In this document: one piece after another, positions 47,833-59,106 of the stretch
Position numbering within the stretch: position 1 is the first letter of the stretch
Layout: each line of letters opens with the position of its first letter
Assembly (NCBI RefSeq): GCF_902713615.1
Contig: NC_052157.1
Coordinates: 84,323,411 to 84,387,410, forward strand
DNA: 64,000 nt
Reading direction: 5' to 3'
DNA from: Scyliorhinus canicula
Taxonomy: Eukaryota
The notes under the pieces: generated by a model
Database searches by the model: none
The model's input: only the letters and a program-made list of their open reading frames with translations
Told to the model about the DNA's origin: nothing
Position numbers and translations under genes: made by a program

Positions 47833-49905
47833 ATAAGACCATAAACATAGGAGCAGAATTAGGCCTCTCCGCCCATCGAGTCTGCCCCCTCATTCAATCA
47901 TGGCTGATATTTTCGCCTCCCCATTCTCCGCCTCCCCATTCTCCTGCCTTCTCCTCATAACCCCTTATTAACGAAGAAACTGTATATCTCTGTCATAAAG
48001 ACACTCAGTGGTTTTACCTCTACAGTCTGCGGCGGCAAAAGTTTCCACAGATTCACCAGCATCTGGCTGAAGAAATCCATCCTCATCTTTGTTTTAACGG
48101 ATCATCCCTTTAGTCTGAGATGGTGTCCTCTGGTACTAGTTTTTCCACTATTTAGAAACATCCTCTCCACGTCCACTGTTTCCAGGCCTCGCAATATCCT
48201 GTAAGTTTCAATACGATCCCCCCTCATCCTTCTAAACTCCAACGAGTACCGACCCAGAGTCCTCAACTTTTCCTCATGCGGCACGTTCTTCATTCCAGCG
48301 ATCATTCCTGTCAACATTCTCTGGACCACTTGCACGGCCAGCACATCCGAACTTAGATAGTGTCCCACACTGCTCACAATACTCCAAATGGAGCCTGACC
48401 AGAGACGTTTACAGCCTCAGATGGACATCTCTGGTCTTGTATTCAAGCCTTTTTAACATGAATGTTAAAATTTGCCTTCTTAATTGCCGACTGAACCTGT
48501 ATGTTAACCTGAAGAGAATCGTGAACAAGGACGCTCAAGTCCCTTTGTACTTCTGTTTTCCGAAGCATTTCCCACTTTAAAGAATATTCTATGCCTAAAT
48601 TCCTCCTTCCAAACGGCATAACCTTCAGTTATCCGCATTGTATTTTATTTGCAACTCTATCGCCCACTCTCCCAGCTTATCCAAACACTTCTGCAGTCCA
48701 CTTGCTTCCTCAATACTACCTGTTCCTCTCCAGATTTTGGATCACCTGCAACCTTAGCAACAGTGCCTTCAGCTTCTTCTTCCAGATCATTAATGTACAT
48801 TGTGAAAAGTTGTGATCCGAGCACAGACTCCCTGAGGCGCTACATTAGTCAACGGCCCTTTATCCTCTCTCTCTGCCTTCTGCCAAGCAGCCAAGCCTCT
48901 ATCCATGCCGTCATCTTACTCTTAACACTAGGGGAATTAAACTTATTTAACAGTCTCCTATGAGACACCTTGTCAAAGGCCTTCTGGAAATCTAAATATA
49001 TCACGTCCACTGGTTCCCCTTTGTCTAACTTCCTTGTTACCCCCTCAAAAAACTCGAACGATTTGTCAGATACAAACTCCGTTTGTCAAAGCCGTGCTGA
49101 CTCAGTCTTATTTTACTATGCTCTTGCAGTACTTTGCGATCTCATTTTATATAACAGACGCTAAAATCTTACCAATGACCAAAGTGAGGTTAACCAGCCT
49201 ATAATACCCGTATTCTGCCTTCCTCTTTTCTTAAACAGAGGTATTACATTAGCCACTTTCCAATCCTCTGGGAGCCTTCCTGTCTCCAATGAATACTACA
49301 GGATCATAAAAAATGCCTCCACAATTTCCTCAGCCATCTCTTTTAAGACCCTGCGGTGCTGTGCATTCTGTCCAGATGACTTATCCAACTTCAGACCATT
49401 CAGTTTCCGCATAACTTTCTAATGAGCAATGGACACTGCATCGGCCTCTGCCGCCTGGTTTTCCCGGAGTTCTGGCATTCCACTGATGTCTTCCACCTTG
49501 AAGACTGATGCAACGTAACTATTCAGTTCGTCTTGCATTTCTTTGTTTCCTATTATTACCTCTCCAGCCACATTTTCCACTGGTCCAATGTCTATTTTTG
49601 CCTCTCTATTATCTTTTATATCTTGAAAAAGCTCTTCCTATCTTCCTTTATATTACTGGATATCTTGCACTCATACTTCATCTTCTTCCCCCCCCCCCCC
49701 CCCCCCCCCCGCTTATTGCTTTTTTAATTGTAATCTGCTCACTTTAAAAAAATCACAATCCTCTGGCTTCCCATTACTCCTCGCCACATTATATCCTTAT
49801 TCGTTAGCGTTATGCTTTCCTTGACATCCCTTGTCAGCTATGGATTCCTTCTCCTTCCATTTCCATGTTCCCTCCTCCTTGGGATGAATTTCCGCAGTGC
49901 TTATC
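47833..49905 (-). mobile_element. Older CR1 (related to family A) ORF2 plus 3' UTR
   Basis: LGRYSLEFRRMRGDRIETY, YLDFQKAFDKV (48965-49005), tail ATAAGACCATAAACATAGG. Confidence 0.85.
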
Positions 49906-49909
49906 TGGG

Positions 49910-52375
49910 ACCAGCCGCAGTGCGTAAAGCCAGGTTGGCTCAGCAGTCACTGAGGAGTATGCAGCCCATTTCCTGAACTTATCTCTAGTCGTGCTGAATG
50001 TTTCCGCTCCAAATTTGCTGTATCGTCACTGACTGAGACGTCACCAGAAGGATTGTCAACAATTATGACGGATGTACCGTTCCGGCCCGATGTGGTATGG
50101 GTCCAGTCCCCGCCTGTATTCAATTTTGGCATCGGTACCATTGGGGTGGGTAGCTGGTTCTGCTCAGATTTCAGGGGCCCCACTGGCCCATTAATGCAAT
50201 TTTCGAGACTCCCACGTTAACTTACTATTTGGAACGAAATGTTGATTCAGGGTTGTTGAGTTTGTGAGTCATGCGTCCGATACAATTTGCAGATTGGGAT
50301 GCGTCGGTCATGCCGGTAAAAAGACTGGTAGTACCTTTCCATGTGTTCAAATGTTGAGCTCTACATTAACGGAGCATTCCACCTGCATTATTCCTAGTTC
50401 CCAGGTTTGAGGCTACATGTATAAGGGTCAGTCGAGGAAGAATATTCACTAATCTCAAAATGTGCCACCCATATCTTCAATTCGTCTTGGGCCCTTCATC
50501 ACGCAAATATAGAACAAAGAACATAGAACGGTACAGCGCAGTACAAGCCCTTCGGCCCTCAATGTTGCACCGACATGGAAAAAACTAAAGGCCATCTAAC
50601 CTACACTATGCCCTTATCATCCATATGCTTATCCAATAAACTTTTAAATGCCCTCAATGTTGGCGAGTTCACAACTGTTGCAGGTAGGGCATTCCACGGA
50701 CTCACCACTCTTTGCGTAAAAAACCCACCTCTGACCTCTGTCCTATATCTATTACCCCTCAATTTAAGGCTATGTCCCCTCGTGCTAGCCACCTCCATCC
50801 GCGGGAGAAGGCTCTCGCTGTCCACCCTATCTAACCCTCTGATCATTTTGTATGCCTCTATTAGGTCACCTCTTAACCTTCTTCTCTTTAACGAAAACAA
50901 CCTCAAGTCCATCAGCCTTTCCACATAAGATTTTCCCTCCATACCAGGCAGCATCCTGGTAAATCTCCTCTGCACACGTTCCAAAGCTTCCACGTCCTTC
51001 CTATAATGAGGCGACCAGAACTGTACGCAATACTCCAAATGCGGCCGTACTAGAGTTGTGTACAACTGCAACATGACCTCATGGCTCCGGAACTCAATCC
51101 CTCTACCAATAAAGGCCATCACACCATAGGCCTTCTTCAAAACCCTATCAACCTGGGTGGCAACTTTCAGGGATCTATGTACATGGACACCGATATCCCT
51201 CTGCTCATCCACACTACCAAGAATTTTACCATTAGCCAAATATTCCTAATTCCTGTTATTCTTTCCAAAGTGAATCACCTCACACTTCTCCACATTAAAC
51301 TCCATTTGCCACCTCTCAGCCCAGCTCTGCAGCTTATCGATGTCCCTCTGTAACCTGCAACATCCTTCCGCACTGTCTACAACTCCACCGACTTTAGTGT
51401 CGTCTGCAAATTTACTTACCCATCCTTCTGCGCCCTCCTCTTGGTCATTTATAAAAATGACAAACAGCAACGGCCCCAGAACAGATCCTTGTGGTACGCC
51501 ACTCGTAACTGAACTCCATTATGAACATTTCCCATCAACCACCACTCTCTGTCTTCTTTCAGCTAGCCAATTTCTGATCCACATATCTAAATCACCCTCA
51601 ATCCCGAGCCTCCGTATTTTCTGCAATGGACGTCCGTGGGGAACCTTATCAAACGCTTTACTAAAATCTATATACACCACATCAACTGCTCTACCCTCGT
51701 CCACCTGTTCAGTCACCTTATCAAATAACTCGATAAGGTTTGTGAGGCATGACCTACCTTTCACAAAACCATGCTGACTATCCCTAATCATATTATTCCT
51801 ATCTAGATGATTATAAATCGTATCTTTTATAATCCTCTCCAAGACTTTACCCACCACAGACGTTAGGCTCACCGGCCTATAGTTACCGAGGTTATCTCTA
51901 CTCCCCTTCTTGAACAAAGGGACCACATTTGCTATCCTCCAGTCCTCTGGCACTATTCCTGTAGCCAATGATGACCTAAAAATCAAAGCCAAAGGCTCAG
52001 CAATCTCTTCCCTGGCTTCCCGGAGAATCCTAGGATAAATCCCATCAGGCCCGGCGGATCATTAACATGTAATGGAGGTTGTGCGAGTACACCCAGGCTG
52101 CCTTTATGTGTTTATTCAGCATGTGACATATTCCAAAGTGATGGAACATATCCTCCGAGGATTGCCACAGGTGGCAGCCTACATGGAAGATGTATTGATC
52201 ATCTGTTCCTCTGCTTGAGAGCACCTGCAGAATCTTGAAAATATTCCTCAATTAGAGGTACCAGGCGCCCGCCTGCCGCGCGAAAAGTACGTCTTCTACT
52301 GTGATGGATCGTGTTTATTTCAGCTGTGGGGTGCTCAGGCACTAGCTGCACACTGTAGGCAATAAGGCATTGGTG
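49910..52375 (+). mobile_element. Ty3/Gypsy pol (RT) remnant split by the HER1 at 50509-52054
   Basis: RPIQFADWDASVMPVK (50274), LKMCHPYLQFVLGPSSRKY | IN..EYT.RLPLCVYSACDIFQ.VMEHILRGLPQVAAYMEDVLI..EHLQNL. Confidence 0.8.
50509..52054 (-). mobile_element. HER1-type CR1 LINE, 5'-truncated
   Basis: ORFs 51519-51992, 51246-51470 and 50601-51239; tail present. Confidence 0.95.
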
Positions 52376-52383
52376 AATAATTA

Positions 52384-52595
52384 GCACGGTTGGTGGGAGA
52401 GTGGTTAGCACTGTTGCCAGAAGCTGTGGAAGAGCCGGATTCGACCCCGACTCAAGGAAACTATCCATTTGGAGTTTGTTCATTCTCACCGTATCTGCAT
52501 AGTTCTTTCTTCCACAGACCAAAGATGTGAAAAGAAGGTGCATTGGCCACGCGGAATACCGTAAAATGACTAATTTTAAAATAAAGATGGAAAAA
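52384..52595 (+). mobile_element. Highly decayed V-SINE
   Basis: GCACGG..GTGGTTAGCACTGTTGCC..TTCGACCC..CCAAAGATGTG..TTGGCCACGC. Confidence 0.65.
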
Positions 52596-53227
52596 AAATC
52601 TTTAAAACTTATTTTCAATGTATATTGCTTCCAACGTATCAGATCTCCCCATTACGTGAGTTCAAAAACCATAAAGCAATTCCACCACTAGTCTCCGCCA
52701 GCATTCAATGTTGGGCTCTCATGTTGGAGGAAGTTGTGTATTTTTTTGAACATCGCCTTGCATGAAAACCCACCGCCGGACACATTAAGCCATTGGTATG
52801 CCAAATCCAATGGCATCGGAGGACATATTCGCACCATTCAAATCTATAGACTCTTGTCCTGTGGCGTAGCTCTAAATAACTGCATGAACATACACTTTGC
52901 TGGCCAGCGTCCACCATATAGCGCTCTGCAGGTTCCAACACTCTGCACACACATAGGAATTAAGGGCTTTAACCACAAAATTATTGGAACTCAGCCTGGT
53001 GGATAGCGTCCTGCTTTGGAGTACCCAACTTGTCACCACCGTGATTGACCAGCGAGCAATTTGAAACGACCTCCTCGACGGATACACGGAAGGTTCCATC
53101 ATCGAAATGCTGGCCCACTTTACGTGTCGTGGCCGGTACAGATGCAGATATCGAGAAATTGGCGAACAGTGCTAACGGTATCAGGGGCACCAAAAGCTTC
53201 CGTTTGATCCATTGATCAATAAATTTA

Positions 53228-53558
53228 GGGGCCTCACGGTAGCATGGTGGTTAGCATCAATGCTTCACAGCTCCAGGGTCCCAGGTTCGATTCCCGGCTG
53301 GGTCACTGTCTGTGTGGAGTATGCACGTCCTTCCCGTGTGTGCGTGGGTTTCCTCCGGGTGCTCCGGTTTCCTCCCACAGTCCAAAGATGTGCGGGTTAG
53401 GTGGATTGGCCATGCTAAATTGCCCGTAGTGTAAGGTTAATGGGGGGATTGTTGGGTTACGGGTATACGGGTTACGTGGGTTTAAGTAGGGTGATCATTG
53501 CTCGGCACAACATCGAGGGCTGAAGGGCCTGTTCTGTGCTGTACTGTTCTATGTTCTA
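53228..53558 (+). mobile_element. HE1-type V-SINE (variant subfamily)
   Basis: GGGGCCTCACGGTAGC head, V core, HER1 tail. Confidence 0.92.
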
Positions 53559-54073
53559 AATGTTCGAAGCATTTCTATGTCTCAAAATATTTCGTTCCAT
53601 TTAAGGAAGCATGCTGGCTGTGCTTGAAAATTAATCTCATGGATTTTTGGATTGATTGTAATAATTTGGCAAATAGAAGCAAGTTACCATGAAGAAAACA
53701 CATAATTTAAATTAAATGTTGTGTAATACTTATTCGGCAGAAGTAGAAACATCACAGTCCCTCGTCAATCTTGTTGATCTGCTCATCATCCTGTTCATAA
53801 GCAATATAATTTCGATCTTAACTTTCTCAACTTCTGGCAATCTGGTTTATGCTGCACTGGTGCCACAGATCAAATGTTGAACCTCGAAGTATTAAAAATT
53901 TCTGCCACCCTTACCATAATTTGTCTTTTTAAGTTCTGTGCCGTAAAATAAAACAAAACATAATTCATTCAACAAATATTTGTTAACATATTCTCTTGAC
54001 GGCAAGTTAAAAATCAGACCTGTGCATTGACGACCATGTGGGACATTTCATGTCGTGTATCATAACCAGCAGA

Positions 54074-54362
54074 TGCGAGGTCATCAATATTGGCAATTCA
54101 ATTAAACAGTTTCAATGTTTTCAAGCAACGAAAAGAATCTCAACTTCCTCATCTTCTCCCAATGTGTATCGTCGTTACAGCTGCTTTCATGCGGCCATTT
54201 AAATTCCAGGAATTCAGTGGTCATGCTTCTTTTCTGCGAGGTCTTCAATATTGACAATTCAATTAAACAGTTTCAATGTTTTCAAGCAACAAAAAGAAAC
54301 TCAACTTCCTCATCTTCTCCCAATGTGTATCTTCGTTACAGCTGCTTTCATGCGGTCATTTA
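54074..54362. repeat. Direct repeat, 2 x 128 bp, period 161
   Basis: 54074-54201 versus 54235-54362, 6 substitutions counted by eye, 33-bp spacer. Confidence 0.92.
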
Positions 54363-54879
54363 CAGTTTTACAATTAAAAATGAGACGTATATATGAAACG
54401 AAATAACGCTTGGCTAAAAAGACTGTCAGCACTGAAAAGTGGTCAGAACTAATCACAAACAGAAGAGATTTACTTGTTGTATTAGAGCCACATAAATTCT
54501 GAAATATAAAGTGAAACAATGCAAAACAATTTAACGATCTGTGGGGTGCGGCTTGGGCTGTGAGGATATGTCTCAGGAGGCTCAGCAAAGCAATGCGCTT
54601 TCGTTGGTCAGATGTGAATGGTGTTTGAGGGAAGCAGGAAAACACATTTTTATATGTATCCTTGTAGGATTTTTGAAAAGGAGATAAGCCGCAATATTAA
54701 ATTACTAGAGTTATTATCGGTCCGAAAACAGATTTTGTGCCACACACATGGAGACATGGGTTACGAAATACCTTTTATTTATTGTTTAAGTCTCTGTCAT
54801 TTTAACGCCGAGGTAGCACTTCCATAAGGCACACTTAATCAGTGTCAGCTTGTCACAAGATGACGGAAAAGTTGTCACC

Positions 54880-55345
54880 AATCAGGTCATGGAGATGATA
54901 TGTCCACCTGTCACGATCGTATCTCTGAGGGGAGATTGGATAAACATGCTTTGTTCTCACTGGACGGACAGAGCTTGATAGGCGAAATGATGGAAGTCTG
55001 CAAGAGTCGCATGGCCTTGGAAAGAAATAATAGCAGAAGCTTTTCCCCAGGGTGGATCAGTAAACTACCAGTCGACATAGGTTTACGTTACGTAGGAAAA
55101 CCTTCAGAGGAGATGTGTAACGCACGCAGGGAAGGGGGGGGGGAGTTGAGGCGCTGGCACTCACTGCCGGAAGAGGTTGTGGAAGCAGGTAGAATGTGAC
55201 GTTTAACGAGTGTCTTGATATTTACATGAATAGGATAGGAATAGAGGGTCTAGATTCCGGAAATGTGGAAGACTTGACAGGCACCGTGATTGATGCACTT
55301 TAGGTGGACCAAAAAACCGTTTTCCTGTTCCATACGTTTCTTTGT
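54880..55345 (+). mobile_element. Decayed CR1/HER1 3' fragment
   Basis: EGRLDKHALFSLD..WHSLPEEVVEAG. Confidence 0.7.
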
Positions 55346-55749
55346 GCTTGCTTCTGTGTGTCTGATTTCAGTTATTGCGTAAAGAAGTGAGTTAAAATAT
55401 TTCTCAGTTTTAAGAATATAATATTGTTGGCCTGTTGGAATTGGAGTGTGTAAACCAACAAAATGGTAGCTACAGGTGGAATCCGGAGGAGAAAATCACC
55501 CGCAAACATAATATAGGAAAGAAAAATGATCTTAGCGTATTCCGTGGAATCGTGACGCCCATACGTTTATTTATAGGTGATGTAAAATGCTCACTCAAGG
55601 TGTTGAATCGTGAAATGTGTGAAATTCGTAAAACAGTGAAGATGTATAACACATTCCAGAACGAAACACTCACTTGATTTGTAGGCGTTCCACAATCAAT
55701 CGATTTATCAACCATTATCAAAGTGTTACATATCTGTATTTTAAAACAA

Positions 55750-55955
55750 TTTTTGAGTGCACTATTGATTTATTTCCAATTATGGAGCAATTTGCCGTAC
55801 CCATTACACCTATCCAGCATTTCTTTGGGTTGTGGGCCGAAAGCCACGCGAACACGGGGAGAATGTATAAACTCCACACGGACAGTGACCCAGAGCCGCC
55901 TTCTACCGGGAACCTCGGTGCCGTGAGGTTGCACTGCTAACCAATGCGCCACCGT
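55750..55955 (-). mobile_element. Decayed poly(A)-type V-SINE
   Basis: GACAGTGACCCAGAGCC..GCTAACCAATGCGCCACCG. Confidence 0.7.
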
Positions 55956-56179
55956 TCTGGCCTCGGCAGTGTTAATTATCTGTACCTTCGTCAGCATACA
56001 CTGTAGGAAATCACCAAGGTTCCTTCGGCAGACAGTTACATCCAACGAGCGCTACAATCAAACGGAAAATACAGTAGATATTTGGGAACATTTCCACCAC
56101 CAGATGTTTCCAATCTTCTTCATTCACCTCATGACTTGCAACAAAAACAATTGCTATTTCTATCATTTAGATGGATGAA

Positions 56180-56328
56180 CAGTCGCCTCCCAAACACGGC
56201 AGGAGGAGTAATTGAATTTCAACGATTGCTGCATTTCAAGAAAGTAGTTCACCACCATCTGATTGAGGGGTACTGGAGTTGGGCAATAGATGCTTGTCTC
56301 GACAGCAACTCGCAGATGATCAATGAAT
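56180..56328 (+). mobile_element. Probable L2 3' tail fragment
   Basis: TTCAAGAAAGTAGTTCACCACCAT..TGGGCAATAGATGCT..ATGAATG. Confidence 0.5.
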
Positions 56329-56682
56329 GTACTTATAAAAAGATAAAATATTCCTGCAATTCTATTCATTGACTGATGTTTTGTGCGTTTGACAGCATCT
56401 TCAAGTTACGTTTCAGAAATTCCTAACAATCTGATCCTCTCCATTTTGTAAGTAACTTCGTGAAGCCTTTGATCCCATTCTTGAGTGCACGGTTTGTGTT
56501 TTTGAAAATGCAACATGCTGTTGTGTTTAAACATTTTTTATATTGAGTCCTCATTCATTTTAAATATTTTTAAACAAGCATCTTGAAATGCTTTTATTTG
56601 GTTTCTCACACTTTCTTCAGAGTGCCTTTTCTGTGCAATTGTTACTTCCAATACTTACAGTGGAAAACGAGGCCGTTCCAAC

Positions 56683-56899
56683 GGCAGGACTGTGGCTTAC
56701 TGCTTAGCATTGCAGTCTCAGAGTGCCGACGTCCAAGCCCCGATACAGGGTCCGAGTCACTGTCCGGATTTTGCACATTCTCCCCGTGTTTGCATAGGTT
56801 TCGCCCGCACAACGGAAAGTTGTGCAGGTCAAGTGGATTGACCACACTAAATTGCCCCTTAATGGGAAAAAATGTATTGGCTACACTAAGTTTTTTTTT
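56683..56899 (+). mobile_element. Decayed poly(A)-type V-SINE with a degenerate TSD
   Basis: AACGAGGCC at 56666-56674 and 56900-56908; core end CTAAATTGCCCCTTAAT. Confidence 0.7.
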
Positions 56900-56917
56900 A
56901 ACGAGGCCATTTAAAGA

Positions 56918-57364
56918 GGGAAATTTGCATACGTGCAGTGCGATCAGCCTAATTTCAAGGTGTACCTGCGAAGGAGACCCATGGAGTTTGAGTGATGGCA
57001 AGTGAAGGCAAGCATCCAGCAGAGAGCTGCAGAGCAGAGCTACTGATCAGCTGTTCTGGGGAAATTTGCATACGTGCAGTGCGGTCACCCTAAATTGAAG
57101 GTGTACCTGCGAAGGAGACCCAAGGAGTTTGAGTGAAGGAAATCATCCAGCAGAGGGCAGCAGAGCAGAGCTACTGATCAGCTGTTCTGGGGAAATTTGC
57201 ATACGTGCAGTGCGGTCAGCCTAATTTGAAGGTGTACCTGCGAAGGAGACCCAAGGAGTTTCAGTGAAGGCATGCATCCAGCAGAGGGCAGCAGAGCAGA
57301 GCTACTGATCAGCTGTTCTGGGGAAATTTGCATACGTGCAGTGCGGTCAGCCTAATTTGAAGGT
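56918..57364 (+). promoter_or_regulatory. Tandem 131-bp monomers (about 3.3 copies) in the LINE 5' UTR, each with the octamer ATTTGCAT
   Basis: GGGAAATTTGCATACGTG starts at 56918, 57059, 57190 and 57321 (periods 141/131/131). The promoter role is inferred. Confidence 0.75.
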
Positions 57365-57613
57365 GGTTTGTGGAGGGGCTGTTGTCAAGTGACAGTTAAA
57401 CCCGAAACACTTCGTCAGTGTTTCCCACACTACCTCCTCCTCTAACCAACCCCCCCCCCCCCCACGGTCGTTGGGAAGCGGGACCAGGGGCCTGTCGTGA
57501 AGGTGAGTGAGTGCCTTTAAATTTGCTAACCTTTCAGATGGAGCAGGGTCGGGGGGAATATCAGGTAAACACTGCCTTTATTTTTATTTTTCTTGTTTTT
57601 TTTAAATCTAGAG

Positions 57614-58530
57614 ATGATGTCAGGGAAGGCAGTACAATGCTCCTCCTGCAGAATGTTTGAGGTGAGGGACACCGTCAGTGTCCCTGCTGATTTCATCTGT
57701 GGGAAGTGCACCCAACTCCAGCTCCTCAAAAACCGTGTTAGGGACCTGGAGCTTGAGCTGGATGAACATCGGATCATTCGGGAGGCAGAGCAGGTCATAG
57801 ATATGAGCTTCAGGGAAGTAGTTACACCAAAGACTGGAGAAAGACTGGGAAGAAACAGTCAGTGCAGGGACCCCCTGCGGTCGTTCCCCTAAGTAACAAG
57901 TATACCGTTTTGGATACTTGTGGGGGGAGGGGGGCTTACCAGGGGTAAGCCATGGGGTACGGGCCTCTGGCACGGAGTCTGTCCCTGTTACTCAGAAGGG
58001 AAGGGGGAAAGGAGTAGAACATTAGTAATTGGGGACTCAATAGTCAGGGGCACAGATTGGAGATTTTGTGGGATCCAGAGAGACTCACGTTTGGTATGTT
58101 ACCTCCCAGGTGCAAGGGTACGTGATGTCGCGGATCGTGTTTTCCGGGTCCTTAAGGGGGAGGGGGAGCAGCCCTATGTCGTAGTCCACATTGGCACTAA
58201 CGACATAGGTCGGAAAGGGGACAAGGATGTCAAGCAGGCCGTTAGGGAGCTAGGTTGGAAGCTCAGAGCGAGAACAAACAGTGTTGTTACCTCTGGGTTG
58301 TTGCCCGTGCCACGAGATAGTGGGACGAGGAGTAGGGAGAGAGAGCAATTAAACACGTGGCTACAGGGGTGGTGCAGGCGGGAGGGATTCAGATTTCTGG
58401 ATAACTGGGGGTCTTTCTGGGGAAGGTGGGACCTCTATAGACAGGATGGTCTACATTTGAACCTAAGGGGCACCAATATCCTGGGGGGGGTGATTTGTTA
58501 GTGCTCTTTTGGGGGTTTAAACTAATTCAG
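57614..58530 (+). pseudogene. CR1 ORF1p (zinc finger/leucine zipper plus esterase), frameshifted
   Basis: MSGKAVQCSSCRM..FICGKCTQLQLLKNRVRDLELEL; VIGDSIVRG, VHIGTND, DGLHLN. Confidence 0.88.
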
Positions 58531-58757
58531 CAGGGGCATGGGAACCTGGATTGAAGTTTTGGGGTATGGGGATTGAGAGTATAGAGGTCAGGAGCACAGA
58601 TTTGACTTCGCAGGAGGGTTCCAGTGTTCAGGTAGGTGGTCTGAAGTGTGTCTACTTCAATGCCAGGAGTATACGAAATAAGGTAGCAGAACTGGAAGCA
58701 TGGGTTGGTACCTAGGACTTCGATGTTGTGGCCATTTCAGAGACATGGATAGAGCAG

Positions 58758-59106
58758 GGGCAGCAGGGTAGCATGGTGGTTAGCATAAATGCTTCACAGC
58801 TCCAGGGTCCCAGGTTCGATTCCCGGCTGGGTCACTGTCTGTGTGGAGTCTGCACGTCCTCCCCCTGTGTGCGTGGGTTTCCTCCGGGTGCTCCGGTTTC
58901 CTCCCACAGTCCAAAGATGTGCGGGTTAGGTGGATTGGCCATGCTAAAATTGCCCGTAGTGTCCTAATAAAAGTAAGGTTAAGGGGGGGGGGGTTGTTGG
59001 GTTACGGGTATAGGGTGGATGCGTGGGTTTGAGTAGGGTGATCATGGCTCGGCACAACATTGAGGGCCGAAGGGCCTGTTCTGTGCTGTACTGTTCTATG
59101 TTCTAT
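58758..59106 (+). mobile_element. HE1-type V-SINE nested in the APE domain of its partner LINE
   Basis: Interrupts SETWIEQG|(Q)EWLLQVP; no TSD, and about 4 bp of target is lost relative to the 36621-36660 copy. Confidence 0.93.

Noticed and set aside
52620-53200. Possible minus-strand Tx1/L1-like RT remnant
   Set aside because: Motifs are too degraded to support a call by eye.
56333-56517. Resemblance of one frame (..NRALKNGIKGF..IELQEY) to PIKK FAT domains (DNA-PKcs/TRRAP)
   Set aside because: That frame has more stops and does not match the upstream exon phase, and no other exon supports a PIKK identity.
56918-57364. Regularly spaced repeats as a CRISPR array
   Set aside because: The whole 131-bp units are repeated with no unique spacers, there are no cas genes, and the context is a eukaryotic LINE 5' UTR.
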